Assembly (NCBI GenBank): GCA_018262705.1
Contig: JADFDQ010000002.1
Location: 239,248-303,247 of the forward strand
Source of the DNA: Xanthomonas sp.
GTDB lineage: Bacteria; Pseudomonadota; Gammaproteobacteria; Xanthomonadales; Xanthomonadaceae
Direction: 5' to 3'
Length of the DNA stretch: 64,000 nucleotides
Part shown: one piece after another, positions 10,094 to 20,036 of the stretch
Position numbering within the stretch: the first letter of the stretch is position 1
Layout: each line of letters opens with the position of its first letter
Position numbers and translations under genes: made by a program
The notes under the pieces: model-generated
What the model was told of the DNA's origin: nothing
The model's database searches: none
Seen by the model: only the letters and a program-made list of their open reading frames with translations

Positions 10094-11479
10094 ATGACCG
10101 ATCTGCTCCCGCTCCCTGCCCTGCCCTCAAGGCACCCGCCCACGCCCGGCGCCAAAAGATTCTTCATCCAGACCTACGGCTGCCAGATGAACGAGTACGA
10201 CTCGGCGCGGATCGCCGATCTGCTGGTGGTGCAGGAAGGGATGGAAGAGACGAAAAACGTCGAAGAGGCCGACCTCATTCTGGTCAATACCTGCTCGGTG
10301 CGGGAAAAGGCGCAGGAAAAGGTGTTCAGCCAGCTTGGGCGCTGGAAGCGTCTCAAGCAGGGCGACCGCCCGGTGGTGATCGGCGTCGCCGGCTGCGTGG
10401 CCTCGCAGGAAGGCGCCGCAATCCTCGACCGTGCGCCCTACGTCGACCTGGTGTTCGGACCGCAGACCCTGCACCGGCTGCCGGAGATGCTGCACCGGCG
10501 CCAGGCCACCGGCCGGCCGCAGGTGGACATCAGCTTTCCGGAAATCGAGAAATTCGACCGCCTGCCCGAGCCGCGCGCGGAAGGCCCGACCGCCTTCGTC
10601 TCGATCATGGAAGGTTGTTCCAAATATTGCTCGTATTGCGTGGTGCCCTACACCCGCGGCGAGGAAATGAGCCGGCCGTTCGAAAGCGTGCTCAATGAAG
10701 TGGCCGAACTGGCTGCGCAGGGCGTACGCGAGATCAACCTGCTGGGGCAAAACGTCAACGCCTACCGCGGCGCGCTGGGTGGGGGCGACGCAAGTGCGGA
10801 TCTGGGGCTGTTGATTCGCACCATCGCCCAGATCGAGCGCATCGGCCGAATCCGCTTCACCACCTCGCATCCGCTGGATTTCTCGGATTCGCTGGTCGAG
10901 GCCTACCGCGACGTGCCCAAGCTGGCCAACTACCTGCATTTGCCGGTGCAGTCTGGCAGCGACCGGATTCTGGCGGCGATGAAGCGCGGCTACACCGCGC
11001 TCGAATACAAGCAGAAGATCCGCAAGCTGCGCGCGGCGCGGCCGGACATCTGCATCAGCTCGGACTTCATCGTCGGTTTCCCCGGCGAAACCGCGATCGA
11101 CTTCGAAAAAACCATGAAGCTCATTGCCGACGTCGGATTCGACCAGTGCTTCTCGTTCATCTACTCGCGTCGCCCCGGCACGCCGGCCGCCGACCTCGCC
11201 GATGACGTGGACAGCGCGGAAAAACACGCGCGGCTGGAACGGCTGCAACAGGACATCAACGCGCGCGCCGCGGCGATTTCCAGGGCCATGGTCGGCAGCG
11301 TGCAGTCGGTGCTGGTGGAAGGGCCGTCGAAGAAAAACCCCGAGGAATTGACCGGCAAGACCGAGAACATGCGTTCGGTCAATTTCCCTGCCCCGCCGCG
11401 GCTGATCGGCCAGTTCGTGGACGTGCGGATCACCGAGGCGCTGAGCAATTCGCTGCGCGGCGAGGTGGTGACCCAATAG
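10094..11479 (+). CDS. miaB: tRNA methylthiotransferase MiaB
   Basis: [20 protein letters not shown], radical-SAM CSKYCSYC, C-terminal TRAM domain. Confidence 0.97.
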   Translation: MTDLLPLPALPSRHPPTPGAKRFFIQTYGCQMNEYDSARIADLLVVQEGMEETKNVEEADLILVNTCSVREKAQEKVFSQLGRWKRLKQGDRPVVIGVAGCVASQEGAAILDRAPYVDLVFGPQTLHRLPEMLHRRQATGRPQVDISFPEIEKFDRLPEPRAEGPTAFVSIMEGCSKYCSYCVVPYTRGEEMSRPFESVLNEVAELAAQGVREINLLGQNVNAYRGALGGGDASADLGLLIRTIAQIERIGRIRFTTSHPLDFSDSLVEAYRDVPKLANYLHLPVQSGSDRILAAMKRGYTALEYKQKIRKLRAARPDICISSDFIVGFPGETAIDFEKTMKLIADVGFDQCFSFIYSRRPGTPAADLADDVDSAEKHARLERLQQDINARAAAISRAMVGSVQSVLVEGPSKKNPEELTGKTENMRSVNFPAPPRLIGQFVDVRITEALSNSLRGEVVTQ

Positions 11480-11509
11480 CCGTTGCGGCGCGATTCCCAG
11501 CAGGTGCGG

Positions 11510-11674
11510 CACCCCGTAGGAGCGCACCGCAGGGGCGCGATGAACGTCGTCTCACCCCGTAGGAGCGCACCGCAGGGACGCGATGAACGTCGTCTCACCC
11601 CGTAGGAGCGCACCGCAGGGGCGCGATTGCCGCGATTCGCACCTCTCGGCCTGCGGCCTCGATGTGCTCCTACA
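11510..11674. repeat. GTAG-type REP cluster: three tandem 43-bp units plus an inverted partial copy
   Basis: CACCCCGTAGGAGCGCACCGCAGGGGCGCGAT starts at 11510, 11553, 11596 (43-bp period); inverted GATGTGCTCCTACA ends at 11674; lies between convergent genes. Confidence 0.85.
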
Positions 11675-11695
11675 ACCGGCGGCCGTGATGTGCTG

Positions 11696-13363
11696 CTACC
11701 GGCGCGGGCTGGCCTCAAACACCGGCTTGCCATCGACGTAGGTGGCCTTGATGGTCAGCCTGCGCAACGCGGCGCCGGGAACCGCCAGCGGGTCCTCGGC
11801 CAGCACCACGAAATCGGCGCGTTTTCCGGCCGCAAGGCTGCCGATTTCATTTTCCGCAAACCCGGCATACGCGGCCTCCAGCGTGAAACCGCGCAGGGCT
11901 TCGAAGGCGGTCAATTCCTGCTCCGGATGCCAGCCGCCGGCCGGTTTGCCTTCCGGATCGGCGCGGGTGACGGCCGAATACAGGCCCAGCCGCGGGTTGA
12001 CCGATTCCACCGGGAAATCGGAGCCCAGCGCCAGGTGCAGCCCGGCGTCGCGCACGCTGCGCCAGGCGTAGGCCAGGACAATGCGCTGCGGTCCGATCCG
12101 GTCTTCCGCCCACGGCATGTCGCTGGTGGCGTGGGTGGGCTGCATCGAGGCGATCACATGCATCCGCACCAGCTGCGGCAGTTCATCGGATGAGAGAATC
12201 TGCAAGTGCTCGATCCGCCAGCGGTGGTCGGTGGTCGCGGCGTCGTTTCCGAGCGCATGGGCATAGGCGTCGATGGCCAGTTGGATGCCGCGATCGCCGA
12301 TCGCGTGGGTGGCCACCTGCACGCCGCAGCGGTGGGCTTTTTCGGTCGCCGCCGTCATTGCTTCGGGCGAGGTGACGAACATCCCTCGATTGCCGGGATC
12401 GTCACTGTAGTCCTGTATCAGCGCAGCACCGCGGCTGCCGAGCGCGCCGTCGGCGATCAACTTCAGGGTCCGCAGCTGCAGCCGACCCGACGGGTGCCGG
12501 TACAAACCGTTGCTGCAGATCCAGTCCAGCAGTTCGCCGTCGCCCAACGCCATGGCGTAGATCCGCATCGGCATCTGCCCGCGATCGGCCAAGCGCTGGT
12601 AGGCGCGCAGCTCCGCCATCGTGATCCCGGCATCGTGCACGCCGGTCAGGCCGTTTTCGACCGCCGCGCGCATGCCCAGGGTCAGCGCGCGTTCGATCGT
12701 CGCGCCATCCGGCTTCGGCACCACGGCTTCGATCAGATTCATCGCATTATCGACCAGCACCCCGCTCGGCTGACCCTGCGCATCGCGCAGGATGCGACCG
12801 CCGTCGGGCTGCCAGTCGCCGGTCAGATCGCGCGCTATCGCGCGCAGCGCGGCACGATTGGCCCAACCGGCGTGACCGTCGATGCGCGACAGCCAGACCG
12901 GGCGATCCGGGAAGGCGGCATCGAGATCGGCCGTGGTCGGGAAATTCTTGTCGTCCCAGTCGTTCTGGTCCCAGCCGTGACCCGACAGCCACTGACCGGG
13001 CGGCAGCGTGGCAGCAAATGCGTTCAGACGTTCGAGAATCTCTGCCTTGCTGCGGGTACCGACCAGATCGACCGTGAGCATCGACATGCCGAGGCTGGAC
13101 ACATGGCCGTGGGCGTCGATCATGCCGGGGATCACGGTGGCATCGCCGACATCCAGACGACGCGCATCGCGGTAGCGGTTCAGCAGGTCATCGCGATTGC
13201 CGACCGCCAGAATCCTTCCATCCGCATCGAAGACCATTGCCTGCGCCTGCGGCCGGGTGGCGTCCATGGTGTGGATGCGCTGGGCGGTCAGCACGGTGAC
13301 GTCGGCCGCGGCCAGCGGCCCGGTCGTCAGCACCAGCAGCGCGGCAAAAAGCAGTCTGCGCAT
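11696..13363 (-). CDS. Secreted amidohydrolase (amidohydrolase-3/YtcJ-like)
   Basis: Signal peptide MRRLLFAALL, PGMIDAHGH, KLIADGALGSRGA, HAIGD, RIEH, GSDFPVE. Confidence 0.9.
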   Translation of the reverse strand: MRRLLFAALLVLTTGPLAAADVTVLTAQRIHTMDATRPQAQAMVFDADGRILAVGNRDDLLNRYRDARRLDVGDATVIPGMIDAHGHVSSLGMSMLTVDLVGTRSKAEILERLNAFAATLPPGQWLSGHGWDQNDWDDKNFPTTADLDAAFPDRPVWLSRIDGHAGWANRAALRAIARDLTGDWQPDGGRILRDAQGQPSGVLVDNAMNLIEAVVPKPDGATIERALTLGMRAAVENGLTGVHDAGITMAELRAYQRLADRGQMPMRIYAMALGDGELLDWICSNGLYRHPSGRLQLRTLKLIADGALGSRGAALIQDYSDDPGNRGMFVTSPEAMTAATEKAHRCGVQVATHAIGDRGIQLAIDAYAHALGNDAATTDHRWRIEHLQILSSDELPQLVRMHVIASMQPTHATSDMPWAEDRIGPQRIVLAYAWRSVRDAGLHLALGSDFPVESVNPRLGLYSAVTRADPEGKPAGGWHPEQELTAFEALRGFTLEAAYAGFAENEIGSLAAGKRADFVVLAEDPLAVPGAALRRLTIKATYVDGKPVFEASPRR

Positions 13364-13468
13364 GAGGAAATCCCCGATGGATATCTGCCAACAATGCGAC
13401 AACCTGCGGTCGGCACGCAAACATCGGACGTGGCGGGGCGAGGCGAGGCGCGCTAGGCTGCACGTCGC

Positions 13469-14437
13469 ATGGAGCAGCGTGACTTCACCCTCGACCCGAA
13501 CGACGCCGAACGTCTGGCCAACCTCGCCGGAGCCTTCGACGCACACTTGCGCCTGATCGAGCTGCGCACTGGAACGGAAATCGCCAATCGCGGCAACATC
13601 TTTCGCGTGCAAGGCGAAAGTGCGCCAGCGGTTGCGGCCACCGAGCGGCTGCTGCGCAGTCTGTATGAAGACGCCGAACAGACAACGCTGGACGAACACG
13701 CGATCCATCTGCGGCTGGGCGCGCTGGACGCCTTCGCGCGCACGTCCAGCGACGGCGGGGAAGACATCGCCGTCCGGGTCAAGCGCGGCACCCTGCGCGG
13801 TCGCGGCGCCAATCAGCGCAACTACCTGCAGGCCATCGCCAGCCACGACATCAACTTCGGCATCGGCCCGGCCGGCACCGGCAAGACCTATCTGGCGGTG
13901 GCGATGGCGGTGGATGCGCTGGATCGCGCGCGGGTGCAGCGGCTGGTGCTGGTGCGCCCGGCGGTGGAGGCCGGCGAGAAACTTGGCTTCCTGCCGGGCG
14001 ATCTGTCGCAGAAGGTCGACCCTTACCTGCGCCCGCTGTACGACGCGCTCTACGAGATGCTGGGCGTGGACAAGGTGGCGCGGCTACTGGAGCGCAACGT
14101 GATTGAAATTGCGCCGCTGGCCTACATGCGCGGGCGCACCCTCAACGATGCGTTCGTGATTTTGGACGAGGCGCAGAACACCAGCATCGAACAAATGAAA
14201 ATGTTCCTGACGCGCCTGGGCTTTGGCAGCACCGCAGTCATCACCGGCGACGTCACCCAGATCGACTTGCCCAAGCACCAGAAATCCGGTTTAAAGGACG
14301 CGGTGGACGTCCTGCGCGGCGTCGAAGGCGTGAGCTTTACCTATTTCGAAGCACGCGACGTGGTGCGGCACCCGCTGGTGGCGCGGATCGTCACTGCGTA
14401 CGAGGCGCGCGACGCGCGCAACAATGCGGACCCCTGA
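13469..14437 (+). CDS. ybeZ: PhoH-like ATPase (YbeZ)
   Basis: GPAGTGKT, RPAVEAGEKLGFLPG, YMRGRT, DEAQN. Confidence 0.93.
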   Translation: MEQRDFTLDPNDAERLANLAGAFDAHLRLIELRTGTEIANRGNIFRVQGESAPAVAATERLLRSLYEDAEQTTLDEHAIHLRLGALDAFARTSSDGGEDIAVRVKRGTLRGRGANQRNYLQAIASHDINFGIGPAGTGKTYLAVAMAVDALDRARVQRLVLVRPAVEAGEKLGFLPGDLSQKVDPYLRPLYDALYEMLGVDKVARLLERNVIEIAPLAYMRGRTLNDAFVILDEAQNTSIEQMKMFLTRLGFGSTAVITGDVTQIDLPKHQKSGLKDAVDVLRGVEGVSFTYFEARDVVRHPLVARIVTAYEARDARNNADP

Positions 14438-14464
14438 AAGCACAGTATTCCGGAGGCATGAGAC

Positions 14465-14947
14465 ATGACCCGCGGCCCGGTTCACCTCGACGTTGCCGTC
14501 TCCTACGCGCTGCCGCGCGCGGGCGTGCCCGCCTCCGTCAGTTTTCGCAGCTGGGTGGCGGCGGCGTTGGCCGGGCGCATCCGCGAGGCGGACGTGGCGA
14601 TCCGGATCGTCGGCGCGCGCGAAGGCCGCGCGCTCAATCGCCACTACCGCGGCAAGGATTACGCCACCAACGTGCTCAGCTTTCCGGTCGAACTGCCGGA
14701 AGGCCTGCCGAAGGAAGCGCGGCTGCCGCTGCTGGGCGATCTGGTGCTGTGTGCGCCGGTGGTCGCCCGCGAGGCGAAGGAACAGGGCAAACCGCTGCGC
14801 GCGCACTACGCGCACCTGACCGTGCACGGCTGCCTGCACCTGCTCGGCTGGGATCACGAGGATGCGCGCGAGGCCGATGCGATGGAGCAGCTTGAGCGCG
14901 AGATCCTCGCCGGACTCGGCCTGCCCGATCCCTACCGGGACGACTGA
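14465..14947 (+). CDS. ybeY: rRNA maturation RNase YbeY
   Basis: YRGKDYATNVLSF, HGCLHLLGWDH. Confidence 0.96.
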   Translation: MTRGPVHLDVAVSYALPRAGVPASVSFRSWVAAALAGRIREADVAIRIVGAREGRALNRHYRGKDYATNVLSFPVELPEGLPKEARLPLLGDLVLCAPVVAREAKEQGKPLRAHYAHLTVHGCLHLLGWDHEDAREADAMEQLEREILAGLGLPDPYRDD

Positions 14948-16500
14948 GGCAAGCCCGCGGAATCGGCGCCGCTGCCGGCAATGTCCAGATCGCTCAGGAT
15001 CGCCTTGAAGCGCGGATCGTCGGCATAGCGGGTCACGAACGGCATGTAGCGGATCTCGACGATGCCGGGATCGCCGCTGCGGCGCGCCACGTCCAGCCAG
15101 CGGAACAAGGCTTCGCGGTCGTCGCGCTGGGCGTAGACGCCGGCGATCTGGGTCGGCGCATCCCGGCCGTGCTCGCGGATCAACGATTGCAGCGCGGCTT
15201 CCGAATTGACGCGGTCGCCCGCCGCCCAATACGCCATCGCCAGCGCGTAGTCGCGCCACAGCGGCACCGGCTCCTGGCCGGCCGTGGCGATGGCCTCGCG
15301 CGCGCGGCCCTGCTGGAACTGGGCGATGGCGAGGAAGGCGTGCACCAGCGGCATCGAAGGCTCCAATCCGCTGGCGCGCTTGAGCACATCCTCGGCCTGA
15401 GCAAAATCCGCCAATCCCAAATAGACATAGCCAAGCTGGTAGAGCATCGCCACCGACAGCGGATCGCGGCGCTGCGCCTGCCGCAGCGTGGACGCGGCCT
15501 GCTGCAGTTGCCCGAATCCGGTCTGGCGCACGGCCAGCATCCCGAGCAACACCGGATCATCCGGTTGCAGCGCCAGTCCGCGGCGAATTTCCTGCTCGGC
15601 GCTGACCGCATCAAGCGCCACGTCGCCCAGCCACATCGCCCGAACGCGGTGCGCCAGCGGATCGTTCGGCGCAAGCTTGAGCGCAGCTTCGGTGTCCTTG
15701 CGCACCTGCTCGCGCAGGGCGTCGGTCGCTCCGCCCGGGGCAGCGCCCGGCGCGAGCTGGCGCAGGCGAACCAGCGCCTGCAGCGCGTGCGGCCGTCCCC
15801 ACTGCGGATCGATTTCGATGGCATTGGCGAAAAATCCAAGCGCCGCCTGCAGCGACGCCGGATCGCCGCGCTGCACCGCCCATTCGCCCCTGAGCACGGT
15901 GTCGTAGGCCAGCGCGCTGCCGCTGGGCGGTGCGTCCGCTGCGTTCGTAGCCGCTGTCCAGCGGATCTTCAGCGCCTCGGCAATTTTCGCGGCGATCGCA
16001 TCGGCCAGTCCGGGCAACTCGGCTGCGGAGCGATCCCAGCGATCGTGCCAGAGGGTCTGGCCGTCATCGGCGCGCATGAAATCCAGATCCAGAATGAGCC
16101 GGTCGCCGCGCTGGGTGAGTTTGCCGCGCAGCAGATGGGTCGCACCCAGCTGTTCGCCGATCCGGGTGTTGAGCTCGCTGGAATCGCGCAGACGAAACGC
16201 GGACGCCGGCGCAATCGTCTCGAGCGCGGGCGAGCGCGCCAGCGCTTCGGACAGATGGCGGGCGATGCCGTCGGACAGATAGCGCGGCGCGGCGCCTTCC
16301 GCCACAAGCGGCAGCACGGCAATCAGGGGTCTGTCCGCCGCCACCGCCTGCGGTGCCTGGGTTGGCGCTGCCTCGGTGGCGGTTGGCGGCGGCGCTGACG
16401 GCTGGGAGCAAGCGCCAAGCAACGCGGCGGCCAGCAGAATCCACGGCGCGCCCCGGCACCCAATGGTGCTTCCGTGTCCAGCATCGATCCCTTGGCGCAT
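14932..16500 (-). CDS. Putative lipoprotein with TolB-like N-domain and TPR repeats
   Basis: Lipobox-like LLGAC, IAVLPL...YLSDGI...SAFRL segment, several TPR-like repeats; start uncertain. Confidence 0.7.
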   Translation of the reverse strand: MRQGIDAGHGSTIGCRGAPWILLAAALLGACSQPSAPPPTATEAAPTQAPQAVAADRPLIAVLPLVAEGAAPRYLSDGIARHLSEALARSPALETIAPASAFRLRDSSELNTRIGEQLGATHLLRGKLTQRGDRLILDLDFMRADDGQTLWHDRWDRSAAELPGLADAIAAKIAEALKIRWTAATNAADAPPSGSALAYDTVLRGEWAVQRGDPASLQAALGFFANAIEIDPQWGRPHALQALVRLRQLAPGAAPGGATDALREQVRKDTEAALKLAPNDPLAHRVRAMWLGDVALDAVSAEQEIRRGLALQPDDPVLLGMLAVRQTGFGQLQQAASTLRQAQRRDPLSVAMLYQLGYVYLGLADFAQAEDVLKRASGLEPSMPLVHAFLAIAQFQQGRAREAIATAGQEPVPLWRDYALAMAYWAAGDRVNSEAALQSLIREHGRDAPTQIAGVYAQRDDREALFRWLDVARRSGDPGIVEIRYMPFVTRYADDPRFKAILSDLDIAGSGADSAGLPQSSR

Positions 16501-16670
16501 CCGGCATTCTCCCGCGGCAGGAGCGGCAATTATGGCCACTCTGATCAAATCGGCGTTGCCTTGTTCCCGGAAACTGCAGATTGCACCACGCCCGGCGCGT
16601 CCGTGAGCGACGCAAGGCCGCGCAATTCGCTAGACTGACGCCAGTTTCAGGCCACCAATCGATGCAGCAG

Positions 16671-17549
16671 ATGCCCGAGGACGACAGTCGAACCCCCGCA
16701 GAAACCGAAGACAAATCGCCGGAAAAAGGCCAGCGCTCATGGCTGGATCGGATCAGTTCGGCGCTGTCGGGGGAGCCCACCAGCCGTGAGGATTTGATCG
16801 AACTGCTGCGCGACGTGCAGGCCGACGGCGTGATCGGTGCCGACACCCTGCGCATGCTGGAAGGCGCGATCAACGTGGCCGACATGACGGTCGGCGACGT
16901 GATGGTGGCGCGCGCCCAGATGGTCACCCTGCCGGCCGAAGCGGATCTGATGGAGCTGATGAAGCGGGTCGTCGAGTCGGGCCATTCGCGGTTCCCGGTG
17001 CACGGCGAAGACAGGGACGAGATCCTCGGCATCCTGCTGGCCAAGGATCTGCTGCGCGGCGTGGTGGAAGACCAACACCCGAGCAGCGTGCACGAGCTGC
17101 TGCGCCCTGCGGTGCTGATCCCCGAATCCAAGAACCTCAACGTGCTGCTGCGCGAGTTCCGGCAGTCGCGCAACCACATGGCCATCGTCATCGACGAATA
17201 CGGCGGCGTGTCCGGCCTGATCACCATCGAGGACGTGCTGGAGGAGATCGTCGGCGAAATCGACGATGAACACGACGATGCCGGCGACGAGGGCACGCTG
17301 ATCGCGGCCCAGGCCGACGGCCAGTTCGTGGTCGACGCACTGACCCCGATCGCCGATTTCAACGAGCGCTTCAGCGCCGATTTTTCCGACGCCGACTACG
17401 ACACCATCGGCGGTTTGCTGACCGACGCCATCGGCCACCTTCCGGAAGCCGGCGAAGAACTGAAGCTGGGCCGCTTCACGTTCCGGGTGGCGCGCGCCGA
17501 CGCGCGGCGCTTGATCGCGCTGCTGGTGAGCATCGATGCCGAGCCCTGA
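16671..17549 (+). CDS. corC: Mg/Co efflux CBS-domain protein CorC (YbeX)
   Basis: GHSRFPV, IDEYGGVSGLITIEDVLEEIVGEI, DTIGG; start placed at ATG 16671. Confidence 0.9.
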   Translation: MPEDDSRTPAETEDKSPEKGQRSWLDRISSALSGEPTSREDLIELLRDVQADGVIGADTLRMLEGAINVADMTVGDVMVARAQMVTLPAEADLMELMKRVVESGHSRFPVHGEDRDEILGILLAKDLLRGVVEDQHPSSVHELLRPAVLIPESKNLNVLLREFRQSRNHMAIVIDEYGGVSGLITIEDVLEEIVGEIDDEHDDAGDEGTLIAAQADGQFVVDALTPIADFNERFSADFSDADYDTIGGLLTDAIGHLPEAGEELKLGRFTFRVARADARRLIALLVSIDAEP

Positions 17550-17571
17550 GCGGTCGCTTGCGTGAACCGCC

Positions 17572-18804
17572 GTGCGCCCTGAACCCGCAGCGTCGCCGAT
17601 TCGCCTGCTGGCGCTGGTGCTGCTGTGGCTGGCGGGCGGCATCTGCGCGGCCGCGCAGCCAACCGCGGCGCCCACGCTCCTGCCGCCGCCGCGGATCGGC
17701 GTGCTCACCATGGGCCCGGGCGAGATTTTCTGGGAGCGCTTTGGCCACGATTCCATCGTGGTCGCCGATCCGGCCCAGGCCGAGCCGATCAGCTACAACT
17801 ACGGTTTTTTTGACATGGAAGAAGCCGGTTTCGCCCGCCGTTTCGTCGAAGGCCGGATGGAATACATGCTGGTCGCCCTGCCGCTGTCGCAGGATCTGGA
17901 TTACTACCGCCGGGTCGGGCGCGGCGTGCGGCTGCAATGGCTGGCGCTGTCTCCCGCACAGGCCCGCGTGCTGGCCGCTGCGCTCGCGGAAAACGCCAAG
18001 CCCGAAAACGCCCGCTACCGCTACGACTACTTCACCAGCAACTGCACGACCAAAGTGCGCGATGCGCTGAACGTGGCGTTGGGCGGCCAGCTACTGCGCC
18101 AGACCGAGGGGCGCTCCAGCGGCGACACCTACCGCAGCGAAACGCTGCGGCTGGCTTCGCCGTCGCCATGGCTGTGGTCGGGATTCGACATCGCGCTGGG
18201 GCCGATGGCCGACCGCGCGCTGACGCGCTGGCAGGAAGACTTCCTGCCGCGCCGGCTTGCGGACGATTTGCGCGAACTCCGGTTGAGCGACGGCAAGCCT
18301 TTGGTGAAAGAAGAAGTCGAACTGCTGCCGCAGCGCCTCGCCGCCGAACCCAGCGACGGCAGCACCCCGCTGTGGCCGTGGCTGCTGGCCGGCGCGGCGC
18401 TGGCGTTGGCGCTGGGCAACCTCGGCCCGCGCCACGACCGCCGGCTCGCCGCACTGGCGGGCGGATTCTGGCTGCTGTGCGCGCTGCTGGGTGCGGTTCT
18501 CGCGCTGGCCTGGGGCGTCACCGAGCACCGCGCGCTGTGGGCCAATCGCAACCTGCTGCTTTTCAATCCGCTGTGCGTGCTGCTGCTTCCCGGCGCTCTC
18601 GCCTTGCTGCGCGGACGCGCGACCTCGGTTTCCTTCCGCTTCCTGCTGGCGGTCGTCGCCGCGCTTGCGGCGCTGGCCTGCCTGCCGCTGTGGCTGCAGG
18701 TTTACCCGCAGCGCAACGGGCACTGGATCGCCCTGTTGCTGCCGCTGCACGCGGTGCTGGCCTGGCGCTGGACGCAGCGCGCGGCCGACGGCACGCCGAC
18801 TTGA
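17572..18804 (+). CDS. DUF4105 membrane protein (Lnb-like lipoprotein N-acyltransferase candidate)
   Basis: FGH, YNYGFFD, YRYDYFTSNCTT (His/Cys pair), C-terminal TM bundle with N-R-N-L-L-L-F-N-P. Confidence 0.75.
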   Translation: MRPEPAASPIRLLALVLLWLAGGICAAAQPTAAPTLLPPPRIGVLTMGPGEIFWERFGHDSIVVADPAQAEPISYNYGFFDMEEAGFARRFVEGRMEYMLVALPLSQDLDYYRRVGRGVRLQWLALSPAQARVLAAALAENAKPENARYRYDYFTSNCTTKVRDALNVALGGQLLRQTEGRSSGDTYRSETLRLASPSPWLWSGFDIALGPMADRALTRWQEDFLPRRLADDLRELRLSDGKPLVKEEVELLPQRLAAEPSDGSTPLWPWLLAGAALALALGNLGPRHDRRLAALAGGFWLLCALLGAVLALAWGVTEHRALWANRNLLLFNPLCVLLLPGALALLRGRATSVSFRFLLAVVAALAALACLPLWLQVYPQRNGHWIALLLPLHAVLAWRWTQRAADGTPT

Positions 18805-18835
18805 TCGCAAACCCCGACCGGCGCAGGATTCGTCG

Positions 18836-19831
18836 ATGAACGATCACCACCGCTTGCCAAGCAGCGTCGTCAACTGCGCCGCCTACGACCGCTGCGGCCT
18901 TCGCCGCGACATCTCACTCGATGCCATCAGCGATGTGCTGGCGGTGGACGACGGCAGCTTCGTGTGGGTGGGGCTGTACGAGCCGCAGGAACATCTGCTC
19001 GACAAACTACAGGAAGAATTCGGCCTGCACGATCTTGCGGTGGAGGATGCCCAGAGCGCGCACCAGCGGCCGAAGGTCGAAGCCTACGGCAACAGTCTGT
19101 TCGTCGCCGTCCACACCGCGCAGAAAGTCGAAGGCCACGTTCGGTTCGGTGAAACCCAGGTCTTCGTCGGCCCGCGCTTCCTGATCACGGTGCGCCATGG
19201 CGCGTCGCTCAGCTACGCCACCGTGCGCCAGCGGCTGGAGCGCGATCCGGCCGCACTGGCGCTGGGGCCCAGCGCTGTCCTGCACGCCATCCTCGACTAC
19301 GTGGTCGACAACTACCAGCCGATCGCCACCGATTTCGAAGCCGAACTGGATGCGCTGGAGCAGGACGTGTTCGCCGAAAGCTACAAGCGCGGCACCATCC
19401 AGCGCCTGTACGAACTGCGCAAGGAACTGACCCGGATGCGGCTGGCGGTGGCGCCGATGCAGGACATCCTCTCGCAGCTGACGCGCACCCCGACGTTCAC
19501 CATCCCCGAGGAAGTGCGTCCCTATTTTCGCGACGTGCACGACCATGCCCGCCGGGTGGGCGACACCATCGACACCCTGCGCGAAATGGTCTCCGCGGCG
19601 ATGAGCGTGAACCTGTCGCTGGTGACCGTGGCCCAGGGCGAGATCGTCAAGAAACTGGCCGGCTGGGCGGGACTGCTCGCCGCGCCGACCCTGATCGCAA
19701 GCTGGTACGGGATGAACTTCCAAGGCATGCCGGAGTTGCACGGCCGCTACAGCTATCCGATCCTGATCGGCGTCGTCGCACTGGTTTGCGTCGGCCTGTA
19801 CGCGTATCTCAAACGGATCGATTGGCTGTAG
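18836..19831 (+). CDS. corA: CorA family Mg2+/Co2+ transporter
   Basis: WVGL, HQRPKVE, YGMNF signature, two C-terminal TM helices; ATG at 18836. Confidence 0.93.
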   Translation: MNDHHRLPSSVVNCAAYDRCGLRRDISLDAISDVLAVDDGSFVWVGLYEPQEHLLDKLQEEFGLHDLAVEDAQSAHQRPKVEAYGNSLFVAVHTAQKVEGHVRFGETQVFVGPRFLITVRHGASLSYATVRQRLERDPAALALGPSAVLHAILDYVVDNYQPIATDFEAELDALEQDVFAESYKRGTIQRLYELRKELTRMRLAVAPMQDILSQLTRTPTFTIPEEVRPYFRDVHDHARRVGDTIDTLREMVSAAMSVNLSLVTVAQGEIVKKLAGWAGLLAAPTLIASWYGMNFQGMPELHGRYSYPILIGVVALVCVGLYAYLKRIDWL

Positions 19832-19956
19832 CGACGCGTTTCCATCGGCGCGGATCAGAACCGACACTCGGACGGATCCCCTTGCTGAACCTGCTCACGG
19901 CAACGTCAAGCAGGCGAAAGCCGACATCCGTTTCGACTGCGCCCACGCTCCTGCTC

Positions 19957-19985
19957 GATGGATCCCGGTTTGCACCGGGGTGACG
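19957..19985 (-). repeat. CGTC-type REP-like palindrome
   Basis: Minus strand reads CGTCACCCCGGTGCAAACCGGGATCCATC; intergenic between convergent genes. Confidence 0.55.
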
Positions 19986-20036
19986 TGAGAAGCCTTCGAA
20001 TCCGCGGCAATCAGCTGTTCGGATCTTCCGACCCAG

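Noticed and set aside
11510-11630. CRISPR array
   Set aside because: The linkers are identical rather than unique spacers, the unit is a GTAG REP palindrome, and no cas genes are nearby
11696-13846. 716-aa amidohydrolase as given by the ORF track
   Set aside because: The extra 161 codons are antisense to ybeZ; a signal peptide begins at 13363
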